Shown piece by piece: positions 1-11,871 of a DNA stretch of 64,000 bases. The position numbers and the translations under genes are program-made. The stretch is from Ascoidea asiatica JCM 7603. Lineage: Eukaryota > Fungi > Ascomycota. The notes beneath the pieces are model-generated. The model made no database searches. It was not told the origin of the DNA and worked only from the letters and a program-made list of their open reading frames with translations. The stretch covers positions 120,989 to 184,988 of the forward strand of contig BCKQ01000014.1 in the NCBI GenBank assembly GCA_001600695.1. Reading direction: 5' to 3'. Positions within the stretch are counted from its first letter, which is position 1. The number at the start of each line of letters is the position of its first letter.

Positions 1-349
1 ATTTATTATTTATATTAAAAGTTGTTGAAGTTACAGTTGAAACTGGTAAATATGATTCTTTTTCATTATCATTATCATTATCATTATTTTTAGATTCATT
101 TATTAAAGATTTTTTAGTTAAATAATAAAATAAAGTTGATTTACCAGAATTTGAAGGACCAATAATTAAAAAAGTAGGTACATGATTTCTTTTAATTGAA
201 TCATTTGTTAATAAATGAGCAGGAGTAACTGAATAACTTCTCATGAATATTAAAAATATTGCAATTGAAAATAATCCTAAAATAATTGATAATATAATAA
301 TATGATTACTATTTACCACATTTTTCAGTTGATTTACTAATTGATCCAT
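1..349 (-). CDS. SRP102: SRP receptor beta subunit (3' end runs off the window)
   Basis: Manual translation from ATG at 349 (absent from the ORF track): MDQLVNQ..., a hydrophobic TM segment IIILSIILGLFSIAIFLIF, then P-loop FLIIGPSNSGKSTLF and switch-I-like STVTS. The frame is open to the window edge. Confidence 0.8.
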   Translation of the reverse strand, partial: MDQLVNQLKNVVNSNHIIILSIILGLFSIAIFLIFMRSYSVTPAHLLTNDSIKRNHVPTFLIIGPSNSGKSTLFYYLTKKSLINESKNNDNDNDNEKESYLPVSTVTSTTFNINNK

Positions 350-596
350 TTTTATTGAAATTGATTATATTTTTATCTATTAAAAAGACTATGATTACTT
401 TTAAATTACTTTGCTAATAAATGAATCAAAGCACACTTATAAACACCCAATGCTAACTTCAAAATCATTCAAATATTCAATCATTGTTGGTTATTCTCAG
501 TGGAATACTCGACTTCTTCACCACCATCAGACCTCAAACCTCAAAATTCAACAATTCTTGAAAAAACATCCAACTCAAAATCAGACGCAGCCCAAT

Positions 597-603
597 CGGG
601 TAA
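597..603. promoter_or_regulatory. Reb1-type site CGGGTAA upstream of SRP102
   Basis: Exact CGGGTAA (reverse complement TTACCCG) in the GC-richer island upstream of the SRP102 start. Confidence 0.4.
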
Positions 604-1422
604 TTCCCAGCCACTGAACAATAATTTCACTTGCCACAAACAAGGCGTATTTCAAAATGCAGTTCCATGCCTGCATCCGTCAGTTGATGTTTTCATGCAC
701 TTCCTCGCATATTTCTACATTGCACCCACTGCTCTGGTCCTTAATTATTGTTAGCATTACTCAAAATAAGTTAGTAAAAACTACGTATGTTTGAAATTTA
801 TGTAAAAAAAATTCTATTATAACAACACCAAAAGTCAAAATTAATTGAAAAAAACAAAAGGAAATAACAAAAGCAAAATATTAATTTAAAATAAAAAAAA
901 TTAATTGAGTAACAAACAATAGTAAAATCAGTTTTTTTTTTTTTTTATAAAATAATTAATTTTGAGATTTTTTATAAAAGAATGAAAAAATGAATGTTAA
1001 AAAATGAAAAAAAGAATAAAAAAAATTGGATGATGAAAATGAAAATTTCAAAATTTTGAAAATTAAAATTGTTCTTAAAAATCTCAAAATAAATTTATAA
1101 ATTTGTATATAAAAAAAAAAAATGAAATATAAATACTTGTTTAAATATAATAAAAAATTGATTAATAAATAAGTTAATAAGTTAATAAGTTAATAAGTTA
1201 ATAAATAGATAAATAAATGAATAAATAGTAAAAAAAAAGGGTAATGTAAAATTTTTATGTAGAGAAGTCAAAAAAAATAAAAAAATAAAAAGAAATCTTA
1301 AACAATTTAACAATTTAACAATTTAACAAAGAGAGAATGATAAGAAACGAATTGAAATATTAATTAAATGAATTAAATATAAAACATAATTAAAAATGTA
1401 TGATTAAAATGACAAAAATGAT

Positions 1423-4400
1423 TTAAATATCATCTTTATCAGCCATTCTATTTCCAAGTAATCCAAAACTAACTGAACTACTTCTATATTTTTTTCTAAC
1501 TTCTTCTTTTAATTTTCTTTTTTCAATTAAATTTGTTACAGTTCCTTTATAATGATATGATTTATTAAATGATAATTTAATTTCTCCCTTTTGATAATGA
1601 TTTCTAAAATTATGTCTTTGTTGATTATATAATGATTCATATTTTGTTAAAATTATTCTTTTTGCTTCTTTTAAATATTTATCTTTATTTATTACATTTC
1701 TATAAGCTTGACTTAATAAATGTGTACTTTTTCTTGTATTTTTTAAAATTACTTCTGCTTTTCTAAATTTCTCATCTTCTGCTTCCAATGGTAATAATTG
1801 TCTTGGTTTATGTCCAATCATAAATCCAGAATCTTTATCAGAATCTGTATTATATGTACTATATTCACTTTCTTGACTTTTAAGTTTAAATAATGATGGT
1901 CCAAAATTATTGGAATTTAAATTTGAATTTAAATAATTAATTTCTTCATCACTAAAATTATCTTCTTTATTAGAAAATATTCTTTCAATTGCATTTCCAA
2001 TTTTTCCCTTTTTACCAAGAATTTTTTCATCATCTGGAATTTCTCCAAATAATAAATTACTTGGATTTTCCCAACTACCAATATCTAAATCATCAAGATT
2101 AAATGGATTATCTTTTGTTCCCAGACCATCTTCATTACCTTCAATTTCCATAAATCCATGAACTGCTTTCAGTACTCTTGGTAAATTAGATTCACTAGTC
2201 ATAAATCTTGTTCGAAAATCTCTTCTTGGTCCTAATGAAAGTGTTAATTCATCTCTTCTACCATTATCACTTTGATTATCTGTATCTTCATCTTCATCAT
2301 CATCTTCTCTACTACTAACAGATTCTTCTCCTAATCTAGAATATATAGAATGTCCATCATTACTTAAATCTACTGGAATATTTCTATCATTCATTATACA
2401 ACTTGGTAATCTAAGTAATTGATTACCACTAAGTTCTTCTGTTTCATATGGTTTTGATTTTATTTTTGGTGAATTTAAATTTATATTATTATTAAAATTT
2501 TTTGAATTAAAATCAAAATTATTATTATGTTGAAAATCTGAAAAATGTGGAGAATTAATAAATCCTGTTCCAGGAATTGAACTTTGACTATTTGTACGAT
2601 CATGTTTTGAAGATTCTTCTTTTAAATCACTAATTGATTTAGATTCTAAACGTTCAAAATTTGATAAATTTAATGGTTTTCCTAATTGTCCTGAAAAACT
2701 TTTTCTACCCTCAGATTCATCTTCATTCATATTTATAGTTGCTGTTGCTGATGAATTATTCATAGATTTTGACATTTCAAATGATGATAATTTTTTTGAT
2801 AATGAATCTTCTTCACCTCTTGGACTCATACAATCATGAAAAGATGTTGGTGATAAAAGAAGATCTTCATTATTTATATCATTTGAATTTTTATTACATA
2901 AATCTGTTTCTGTATTTTCTCTCTCATTTTCAGTAATTACATCTACTTCATTATTATTACTTGATTGTTTATCTGTATTTAAATTTAAATTACTAATATT
3001 TTTACTAAGATTAAAATTAAGATTATAATTGCTGAAATTTGTAGGAAGACTTAACTTATTCAATTTATTTATACTAAAAGTTCTTGCAAAACTTGGAATT
3101 CTATTAAGACTTGTAATATTTGTATAACTATCAATTTTATTTATATCTTTCTCTTGATCATCAAATAAATGAAATTGAGCATTATTACCAAAATTTGCAA
3201 AATTATTTAATGGATTAACATTAAATTTAGGAATTTTTAAAAGTTCTTCTTCATCAAAACTATTTAATGAAGCAAAACTTGTATTAATAGGCAATTGAAC
3301 AGTTCCTTTATTTGAAAATGATAAAGGATTGAAAGTTTCTGAATTACCTTTAATAGTTGGTTGATCATCTGAATTATTTTCTTCAAATTGATTAAATGAA
3401 TTACTATTATTATCCATATGATTAATAGTTTGATTATTTTGAAAATTCTGAGCAGAATCTATATTTGAATCATTATTATTATAATTATTCAAGGCATTTT
3501 GAAGAGGTGAAGTGAAATTATTGAATCTATTATTTACAGAACTTCTACGTGAAATTGAAAAAGAACTAGTAGATGGTAAGCTTCCTCTTCTAAATTTTTC
3601 AATACTTATATTATTATCCTTTTCAATAATATCATTAAGAGTATTAGCAGTTGGTTTTGTAGATTTAAAAAACCCCCCTTCAACAGAAGGTTTGACTTCT
3701 CCTAATAAAGGATCTGTTGTAGCTGTTGATGAGGTTGTCCGCCTATGATTTTGGAAACAAGATTTACTGCTTAAGCAAGTTGAAGAATTTAGCATACTAG
3801 AACTTGCAGTGGTTGTAGCACTTGTTGGATTAGAATTTAAATGAGACAGATTCACAGTAGAAGAACATGAAATTTGGGAAGGATGTTTTGAAATCATAGG
3901 TGTACAATTAGCATTATTCAGATTTACAATACCTGTAGTTGAGTGTGAATATTCATTGCCAGGAACCATCAGATATGGAGAAGCACACCTTGAATTATCA
4001 GAAGCCAAAGCAGGTGACATTAATGGTGTTCCTATTACTTCTGAAAGAATAACTGAATTATTATTAGAATTAAAATTTAAACTTGGTTTATGACTAACAG
4101 ATTTAATAACTGATTGAGAAATATTAGATTGATGAGGGGGAACATATTCTGTATCACTTCCATTACTTGTAGTTGTACTTCCACTTGTATTACTTATATG
4201 ATTTGAATTAAGAGACATATTTGATGGATTTGAATGAATTCTTGGAGAAGTTAGACCAGCTAACTGTAAGGCTTTAGCAAGTTTATGTTTAATTGTATGA
4301 CCTATTCCAAGAACAGAATTTTTAACTTCTTCTTCCGTAACATTAATTATTTCTTCTGGAACTTGAGAAGTAGAAAATTCTTGAATTTCTTCATCATTTA

Positions 4401-6921
4401 AATCTTGATAAGTAAAAGGGTGAACTTTAATTTCTTGAATATCAATTCTTTTAACAGGATCTTTTTCTAATAATTTACTTAATAAATCTAAACATCTAAT
4501 ATATTCAACATTTGAAACTTTTGCATTATTTGGATTATCAGATCTAACTTGTTCAAGATTTGGAAAATCAAAATCTTCATTTAAAATTACGCCAAATAAA
4601 TCAAATTCTAAATCAGCTGTAAAAGGTAAATTACCAAATAAAAGACAATATAATGTTACACCTAAAGCCCATATATCTATTTTTTTATCTATTGTTGGAT
4701 CATTTTGACTATTATAGTTAGATAATTTTGATGAAAGAGAATTATTAGAATATGAATCTTTTATGATATCAGTACTTGAATGACATAATTCAGGAGCAAA
4801 AAAAGCTGGAGAACCAGTAGTTTTAGATTCTCTATCATTTTCTAAATCATATTCATAATCATCATCTAAATTTGAAGAAAAAGAAACTCCAAAATCGGAA
4901 ATTTTTACAGTATTATCATGAGATAATAATAAATTTGCAGGTTTTATATCTCTATGAACAATTCCTTGATAATGAAGATATTCAAGACCTAAGATTACAT
5001 CTCTGAAAATTGCTCTTGATTGTTTAAAAGATAATAAAGGTTTACCCATTTTTAATTTTGAAAATTGAAGTAATCTTTCATCTTTATCTTGATATTTATT
5101 TAATAAAAATAATTCAGATTCTGTTGGATTTAAAAAATCATGATTTTGCCATTTAACTTCACCATTTTGACAATATTCTAAAACTAAATAAATTTTTTTT
5201 GAATTAATATCATCTAAAACTTCTTTTAAACTTACAACATGTTTATGATTACATTTTTTCATAATTGCAATTTCTTTTCTAATTTTAAAATCATAAATTA
5301 AATTATTATTAATTTTTGTATTTATATTTAAATTTGTTTTAGTTTTTTGAAATTGATTATTTGAATTATAAATTGAATTTCTTCTTAGATTATTTGAATT
5401 AGAAATATTTGAATTAACAGAATTTAAAAAATTATTTGAAGAATCATTATTATTTATAGAATCCATTATATTATTATTATTATTGTTATTATTATTTAAA
5501 TTATTATTTAAATTATTATTTAAATTATTATTTATTAATTTTGAAGATTTTAATGGAATTTTTGGTTTATTAACAATTTTTATTGCAACTTTTTCACCAG
5601 TTTTTAAATTTTTACCTAATTTAACTTTACCATGTTGACCTTTACCTAATTCAGATAAAATTTCATAAGTATTTAAAATTTTAGTTTTATTTATAGGATC
5701 ATATTCTAAAGAAATATGATGAGTTTCTTTAACTTTATTTAAATTTAAATTTAAAGATTTTTTTGAATTCAAAGGTGGTAAAGATTTATGATTAATTTTT
5801 TTATTATTGTTATGTATATGAGAATGAGAATAAGGATTAGAATTAGAATTAGAATTGGGATTAGAATTGGAATTAGAATAAGAATGAGAATGAGAATTAT
5901 TTATATTTATATTATTTTTGAATGAATTATTATTTAAATTTGAAAAAGAAGGTTGAGAGGATATAGTTGATAATAAATGAGAATGAGTTGTAGATAATAT
6001 TGAATTTGAATCATTAAGATTATTATTATTATTATCATTATTTGAATTTGAATTTGAATTTGAATTTGAATTTGAAAAAGATCTTGTTTTTAATGGAGAA
6101 TTTAAATTTAAATTTGAGATTGAATTTGAAATTGAATTTGAATTTGAAGGTAATAAACTTGGAGAAGATATTATTCCACTAATATTAAAAGATGATGATG
6201 AAGATAATTTTGCCAATGAAGAATCATTGATATTATTATTGGAACAAGTATTGGAACAGGTATTAGAATTGTTATTATTTGTTATTAGATTTGATAATTT
6301 TAGTTTATTTCTTTGATTTGAAGAATCTATTGATAATTGAATTGGATCTAAATGAGTATTTATTTGATTAATTTTATTTGAAGAAGGAGAAACAGATGAT
6401 GAAGATGAAGAAGATGAGGAAGATGAAGATGAAGATGGAGAATTAGGAGAATTAGGAGAATTTTGAAAATTTAAAGAAGTATTTGAATCATTTGATATTG
6501 AATTAGGAATTGAATTAGGAATTGTAGATGGAATATAAGTTGAATTAGATAAAGATGGAGACATTATAGATTTTAATTTATTATTATTATTATTTTGAAA
6601 TTTAAAATAATTTGAAAATCTTTGAATTAAGTCTAGATTAAATCTTTTAGTAATTGAATTGATTGAATTATTTGAATTTATAGAATTTATAGTATTTAAA
6701 GAAATATTTGATAAATTCAAATCAATATGTTTGAAAAATGTATTATTTGTATTATTTGTATTATTTGTAATAGTTGTATTACTTGAGTTATTTATTTTAT
6801 TATCAGTAGTAGTGGTTGTAGTATTATCGGTGTTATTATCAGTATTTGAATCAGTATCGGTATCAGTATCAGAATCAGTATTGGTAATAGAATTATTATT
6901 AACATTATTTGATCTATTCAT
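1423..6921 (-). CDS. SAK1: Snf1-activating Ser/Thr kinase (Sak1/Tos3 family)
   Basis: KETHHISLEYDP..LNTYEILSELGKGQHGKVKL, HRDIKPANLL, DFG, GSPAFFAPE, DIWALGVTLY; long low-complexity N- and C-terminal regions. Confidence 0.88.
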   Translation of the reverse strand: MNRSNNVNNNSITNTDSDTDTDTDSNTDNNTDNTTTTTTDNKINNSSNTTITNNTNNTNNTFFKHIDLNLSNISLNTINSINSNNSINSITKRFNLDLIQRFSNYFKFQNNNNNKLKSIMSPSLSNSTYIPSTIPNSIPNSISNDSNTSLNFQNSPNSPNSPSSSSSSSSSSSSSSVSPSSNKINQINTHLDPIQLSIDSSNQRNKLKLSNLITNNNNSNTCSNTCSNNNINDSSLAKLSSSSSFNISGIISSPSLLPSNSNSISNSISNLNLNSPLKTRSFSNSNSNSNSNSNNDNNNNNLNDSNSILSTTHSHLLSTISSQPSFSNLNNNSFKNNININNSHSHSYSNSNSNPNSNSNSNPYSHSHIHNNNKKINHKSLPPLNSKKSLNLNLNKVKETHHISLEYDPINKTKILNTYEILSELGKGQHGKVKLGKNLKTGEKVAIKIVNKPKIPLKSSKLINNNLNNNLNNNLNNNNNNNNNIMDSINNNDSSNNFLNSVNSNISNSNNLRRNSIYNSNNQFQKTKTNLNINTKINNNLIYDFKIRKEIAIMKKCNHKHVVSLKEVLDDINSKKIYLVLEYCQNGEVKWQNHDFLNPTESELFLLNKYQDKDERLLQFSKLKMGKPLLSFKQSRAIFRDVILGLEYLHYQGIVHRDIKPANLLLSHDNTVKISDFGVSFSSNLDDDYEYDLENDRESKTTGSPAFFAPELCHSSTDIIKDSYSNNSLSSKLSNYNSQNDPTIDKKIDIWALGVTLYCLLFGNLPFTADLEFDLFGVILNEDFDFPNLEQVRSDNPNNAKVSNVEYIRCLDLLSKLLEKDPVKRIDIQEIKVHPFTYQDLNDEEIQEFSTSQVPEEIINVTEEEVKNSVLGIGHTIKHKLAKALQLAGLTSPRIHSNPSNMSLNSNHISNTSGSTTTSNGSDTEYVPPHQSNISQSVIKSVSHKPSLNFNSNNNSVILSEVIGTPLMSPALASDNSRCASPYLMVPGNEYSHSTTGIVNLNNANCTPMISKHPSQISCSSTVNLSHLNSNPTSATTTASSSMLNSSTCLSSKSCFQNHRRTTSSTATTDPLLGEVKPSVEGGFFKSTKPTANTLNDIIEKDNNISIEKFRRGSLPSTSSFSISRRSSVNNRFNNFTSPLQNALNNYNNNDSNIDSAQNFQNNQTINHMDNNSNSFNQFEENNSDDQPTIKGNSETFNPLSFSNKGTVQLPINTSFASLNSFDEEELLKIPKFNVNPLNNFANFGNNAQFHLFDDQEKDINKIDSYTNITSLNRIPSFARTFSINKLNKLSLPTNFSNYNLNFNLSKNISNLNLNTDKQSSNNNEVDVITENERENTETDLCNKNSNDINNEDLLLSPTSFHDCMSPRGEEDSLSKKLSSFEMSKSMNNSSATATINMNEDESEGRKSFSGQLGKPLNLSNFERLESKSISDLKEESSKHDRTNSQSSIPGTGFINSPHFSDFQHNNNFDFNSKNFNNNINLNSPKIKSKPYETEELSGNQLLRLPSCIMNDRNIPVDLSNDGHSIYSRLGEESVSSREDDDEDEDTDNQSDNGRRDELTLSLGPRRDFRTRFMTSESNLPRVLKAVHGFMEIEGNEDGLGTKDNPFNLDDLDIGSWENPSNLLFGEIPDDEKILGKKGKIGNAIERIFSNKEDNFSDEEINYLNSNLNSNNFGPSLFKLKSQESEYSTYNTDSDKDSGFMIGHKPRQLLPLEAEDEKFRKAEVILKNTRKSTHLLSQAYRNVINKDKYLKEAKRIILTKYESLYNQQRHNFRNHYQKGEIKLSFNKSYHYKGTVTNLIEKRKLKEEVRKKYRSSSVSFGLLGNRMADKDDI

Positions 6922-8021
6922 TTCAAGATATATATTTATATATATATATATATATATAAAAGTTGGTATTAAAGAAAAGGATACTAAAGAATATATTGAA
7001 ATATAGTTAGCATATTAATATTATAATAGATTAATTGATAATATGATAATATGATAATATGATAAATATGATAAAATGATTGATTATATGAATAAATTTA
7101 GGAAAGTTCAGGAAAAATGAGGAATTTGTTAATAAAATGAAATTCAATTCTATTGAGGTTATTATTATATATATATAATATATATATTTTATATATAATT
7201 GATATAATAATTATAATTGATTGATATTAGCAGTGAAATAAAAAAAAAAATAAATAAAAAAATAAATAAAAAGATAAATAGAGTGCAATTGATAGAAAAG
7301 TAGATAGATTTAGAGATAAAAAGATAAAAAGTACAGTACTTTAATAGTATTATAATATTATTTTAATAGTGTTTTAATAGTATTTTAATAGTATTCAAGA
7401 AAGATAAAAGGATAAAATGCGTGCGATTAAGAAGAAATGTACGAAAAAATTGTCGATAATTATTTTTTAGGAGATTTGGAATTTAGCAGTTAAAAAGCGA
7501 GTGAGTACTGGAATAGTAGCGGTAGTAGTAATAGTAGTGGTATTAGTAGTGGTATTAAGTGGTGAGTGTTCAAGACTCAAGATTCAGGACACTGCGAGAT
7601 AAACAGAACAAGAGACACAACAAGATCAGAGACAGAAATCAGACGCAGCAGGACAGGACCCGCTCAGGACAAGCCTGGTTGGTCCGAGCTCAAACGCTGT
7701 CTCGTTTCTGTCTCTTTTCTGTCTCTTTTCTGTCTCGGATTGCGTCTTGGATTCAATCTGGATTCTACCTCACTGCAGCTAAACGGCAGCCGCCTGTGGC
7801 CAAGGCCTGCTGAAACTGCTCACAGTTTCCTCTCGTCTGCACGCAGAGTATTTGGCCAGAAGAACGGTCCACAGCAATGGCTCTAGCAGATTATATCCAG
7901 CGGTTGTCTGAAATAGGAATATATGTTTTTACAGGTACAAAAAAGCCCCTTAACTTAAAAGTAATAAAGCTTGGTTTACATTTAAGTACCGGCGTGCACT
8001 TTTATTTTATGAAGTGGTTGA

Positions 8022-8605
8022 ACGCGTTGCCCTGTTTTTATCAGTAGCCTAGCAACCGCAATCTTCTACAACTCGTTGCTGATACCTTCCAAGATACCGT
8101 TTAGTGTATGGATTTACCTGATCTACCTGATTTTTCTAGTTTATCTTGTCTATCTGGTTTATCACTCTAGAATCACTCCTCCCACTTGATTCCGAGTCTG
8201 ATAAAGTTGGGTAACTTGTATTAGAATTTGTGTTTTTAAAGTGAAATATAATTACACGTGATGAATTTCCTCACTTTTTGAAATTATTTGAGATCTGCGG
8301 CTCCAAATCTAAGTTTGCGACTCGCATGAAACCAATTTATGGTTTTTTTTTCAAATCTAATTGGAGATTAAGTTTGTAATCAGTAACGTTGATGTGCATT
8401 TCTCAAATATTGGAATTATTTGAGGCTAGTGAATATTATTAAATGTGGCTTATGAAATAATTACAAGCCTACTCGAGGCTTGTTTTTTTTCAATTCCAAA
8501 AAGGGTAATTTCCACAGAGGGTAACTGCAACGCGTCTTTTTTATTTTCTCTTTTTGTTTCTGTTTTTTCATTTCTTTTTTATTTCTTTTTATAACGCCGA
8601 CGCGT
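8022..8605. promoter_or_regulatory. SAK1/SWI6 divergent promoter: three MCB boxes, X-box and Cbf1-type E-box
   Basis: ACGCGT at 8022-8027, 8530-8535 and 8600-8605; GTAGCCTAGCAAC (RFX X-box-like) at 8044-8056; CACGTG at 8255-8260. Confidence 0.6.
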
Positions 8606-8876
8606 CTTTATTCTGGGCACGCTTCTGATTTGGGTTTGTCCAGCTCTAGACAATAATATAATGCTTTAAGTACTGTAGGTAGAACTGAATAATGAAATAA
8701 TAATATAATAATTAGAATACTGTAAAATATATCAAATAATCTATTATTCTCTTCAAAAGTAATGAAATGATATAAATATTTTATAATCAATAAATATCAA
8801 ATATCAAATAACAAATAACAAATAACAGATAACAGATAATAACTGCCAATTAAACTAATAATAATTATTATATATA

Positions 8877-11201
8877 ATGGTTTCTTTATCATTACCAAAA
8901 TTGAATAAAATTGATGAAGAAAAAGAATTGGATATAAATTTAAATTCAATTAATAATTTAAATTCTTCATTAAATTTAATTATAAAAAATTTAAATAATC
9001 TTAATAATTTAAATAATTCAAATAATTTTTCATTTAAATTATCTCCATTATATTCAATAAATTATTCAAATATTAATTATTTAGAAATTTTAGTTAATGA
9101 TAATTATCCAATTTTAAGAAATTTAAAAAATAATTATTTTAATTCAATCAATTTATTTAATTTAGCTTTATCAATTCAAAATTTTAATTTAAATAATTTA
9201 AACGATTTATTAATTCAATTAAATGATTCTTTATTAAATTATTTCTTACCTGATTTATCAAATTCAAATAACTCAAATAACTCAAATAACTCAAATAAAA
9301 TTATAATTTCAAATAATTCAATATCTAAATTAAATGGTATTTGGATTCCATTAGATTATACAATTAAATTAGCTAATTTCTTAAATATTTATAAACCTTT
9401 ATCATTAATTTTCTTTAATAACTTAAATAATATTAACTTAAACAATAACTTAAATAATAATATAAATAATAATTTACATTCAGATAGTACTAATTCAACA
9501 AAATCTGATCCAAATTTATCTCTACAAATTTCAAATTTTAATAATATTAATTTACAACTTAAAAATACTTTATCTCCTTTACCAACTAATATACCAAATT
9601 ATGAAAATATAAGAGAATTAATCACTCAAGTATTTTCAATAAATAATAATAATAATAATAATAACAATGATGACTTAAATCCAGAAACAAATTCATATAT
9701 TCAATTAAATAATCAATTTTTATCAAATGATAATAATAATTTAATCAATATAAATACTCCTTTAGATATTTTTGGTAATACTGCTTTACATTGGGCTTCT
9801 TCTTTAGCAAATCTTAATCTCGTGAAAAATTTAATTAATTTATTTAATTCAAATTTAAATTATGGTAATAATAATGGTGAATCTCCTTTAATAAGTGCTA
9901 TTTCACATACTAATTATTTAGATTTAAATAATAACAATAAATCAAATTCAAATTCGAACACAACTTCAAATACAAATTCAAATTCTTTTCAAGATTTATT
10001 ACTTTTACTTTATCCTTGTATTTTATTAATCGATAATAATAATAGAACAATCTTACATCATATTGTTTTAACTTCTGGTGTTAAAAATAGAAATATTTCT
10101 AGTAAATATTATCTTGAATCTTTAATGGAATTTATTGTTAAAAAATCAAATTCAATTAAAAATTTTAATTTAAATTTAACTCAATTTATAAATTTAATTG
10201 TTAATGCAATTGATTCAAATGGTGATACTTCTTTAAATATTGCTGCAAGAATTGGTAATAAATCTTTAATTCAACAATTATTAGATGTTGGTGCTGATCC
10301 AAGAATTTCAAATAATGCTGGTTTAAAACCTTCGGATTTTGGTATAAATATTGATTCAATTAATTTACCTTTATTACCAATTAACAATTTAAACCCAAAT
10401 TTAAATTCAAATTCAAATCAAACAAATGATAAATTAATTGAAAATAATAATAATAATGATATCAATAATAACAATAACAATAATAATAACAATAATAATC
10501 AAATCACTCAAAATAATAAAATTAATGATATTGAGAATCATAGTAAATCTTTAGTATCTTCAATAACTTCAATGATTCAAAATTTAGAAACTGATTTTAA
10601 AATTGAATTATCTGAAAAAGACAAAGAAATAACAGATTTAAATAAAATTTTAAACCAAGCATGTATACGTTTATCAAATTCAAGAAAAAAATTAGAATTA
10701 TTAAAACAAAGTGAAAATAAATTAAATGAATTAAAACAGAAAAATAATGTTGTAGTTAAAGCAATTACTCAAGAAGATGAAAAATTTAAAGAACTAAATA
10801 TGAAACCATTTGTAGATATTACAGGTTCAGGCTATAGATATGACGCTGATCAACCTTTTAAAATTCCAATATTATATGAATTAATTGAAAATGAATTGGA
10901 AAGAAATAAAAGATCAATAAATTCAGTAAATTTAACTGATGATATTAATTTCTTATACTCTTCTTTAAGAGTTGATAAACTAAATATCAATTTAAATTTA
11001 CCTACTTCTAAGCAATTAATGTCAAGAATCAAAGCTTATAATGATAATGAAAAAGATTTAGATGACTATTTACTAAATTTAGAAGGTAATGCCAAAGAAC
11101 TAGAATCGAGATTTAGACATATTGTGTCTCTTTGTACAGGTGTTGATTCTGAATGTGTTGATGATGTATTAGATGATTTAGTTCATGCTATAAGTAATTA
11201 A
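8877..11201 (+). CDS. SWI6: SBF/MBF cofactor Swi6 (degenerate APSES domain, ankyrin repeats, coiled coil)
   Basis: LNGIWIPL APSES remnant; GNTALHWASS; NGDTSLNIAARIGNKSLIQQLLDVGADPRISNNAGLKPSDFG; C-terminal FRHIVSLCTGV. Confidence 0.88.
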   Translation: MVSLSLPKLNKIDEEKELDINLNSINNLNSSLNLIIKNLNNLNNLNNSNNFSFKLSPLYSINYSNINYLEILVNDNYPILRNLKNNYFNSINLFNLALSIQNFNLNNLNDLLIQLNDSLLNYFLPDLSNSNNSNNSNNSNKIIISNNSISKLNGIWIPLDYTIKLANFLNIYKPLSLIFFNNLNNINLNNNLNNNINNNLHSDSTNSTKSDPNLSLQISNFNNINLQLKNTLSPLPTNIPNYENIRELITQVFSINNNNNNNNNDDLNPETNSYIQLNNQFLSNDNNNLININTPLDIFGNTALHWASSLANLNLVKNLINLFNSNLNYGNNNGESPLISAISHTNYLDLNNNNKSNSNSNTTSNTNSNSFQDLLLLLYPCILLIDNNNRTILHHIVLTSGVKNRNISSKYYLESLMEFIVKKSNSIKNFNLNLTQFINLIVNAIDSNGDTSLNIAARIGNKSLIQQLLDVGADPRISNNAGLKPSDFGINIDSINLPLLPINNLNPNLNSNSNQTNDKLIENNNNNDINNNNNNNNNNNNQITQNNKINDIENHSKSLVSSITSMIQNLETDFKIELSEKDKEITDLNKILNQACIRLSNSRKKLELLKQSENKLNELKQKNNVVVKAITQEDEKFKELNMKPFVDITGSGYRYDADQPFKIPILYELIENELERNKRSINSVNLTDDINFLYSSLRVDKLNINLNLPTSKQLMSRIKAYNDNEKDLDDYLLNLEGNAKELESRFRHIVSLCTGVDSECVDDVLDDLVHAISN

Positions 11202-11871
11202 AAAAAAAATCCTATTTTAAACCTTCTGACTGAATTTTTATTCCCAACTAATTTTTTATATTATTTCAAGTATTAATGATTCATTTGTGAGCAAGTCTAT
11301 TATGAAAGCATTCAATATGTAATTAACTCATAGAGAACTAAAGCAAATTGATTAGATAGAAATTTTCAAATGTTCTATACGAGCTCATGACAAAACTTAT
11401 ATTATTTTCATAAATACATAAATCAAAGAATTTTAATGATCATACTCGAAGTATAGTATGTTTCTCGATAATAATCGAGTAGAGTCAACCCTATAATATA
11501 CATTTGTAAAAAAAATATCCGATCTAAAAGAATTTCAATATATATAATGAAAAAGTTTATATTTTAGGTTAACTAATAGTCCTTTATTTATGTGACTGTT
11601 TCAAAAGATAAGTTTGAAAAAGCGAATTCTGATGAAAATAAGAAAAGGTAGAAGCTTTTTACTGGCCTTTTTCCAATGAATCCAGATACCTGTTGTTAAA
11701 TTAAAATTTGATCAACCTAAATTTTGAAAAGAAGGTTTTGCTTATTATTGAAATTTCTTTCTATAACCTATATATTTAAACCTTTCAGGAAAATCTGTCA
11801 AATTAAATTCACTCTATATTCAATAAAAAGAAACGTTAATAAAAACTTGTAACTTTTGAAAAATAAAATCA

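Noticed and set aside
770-790. Branch-point-like and GTATGT motifs
   Set aside because: They are on opposite strands and not linked to an exon.
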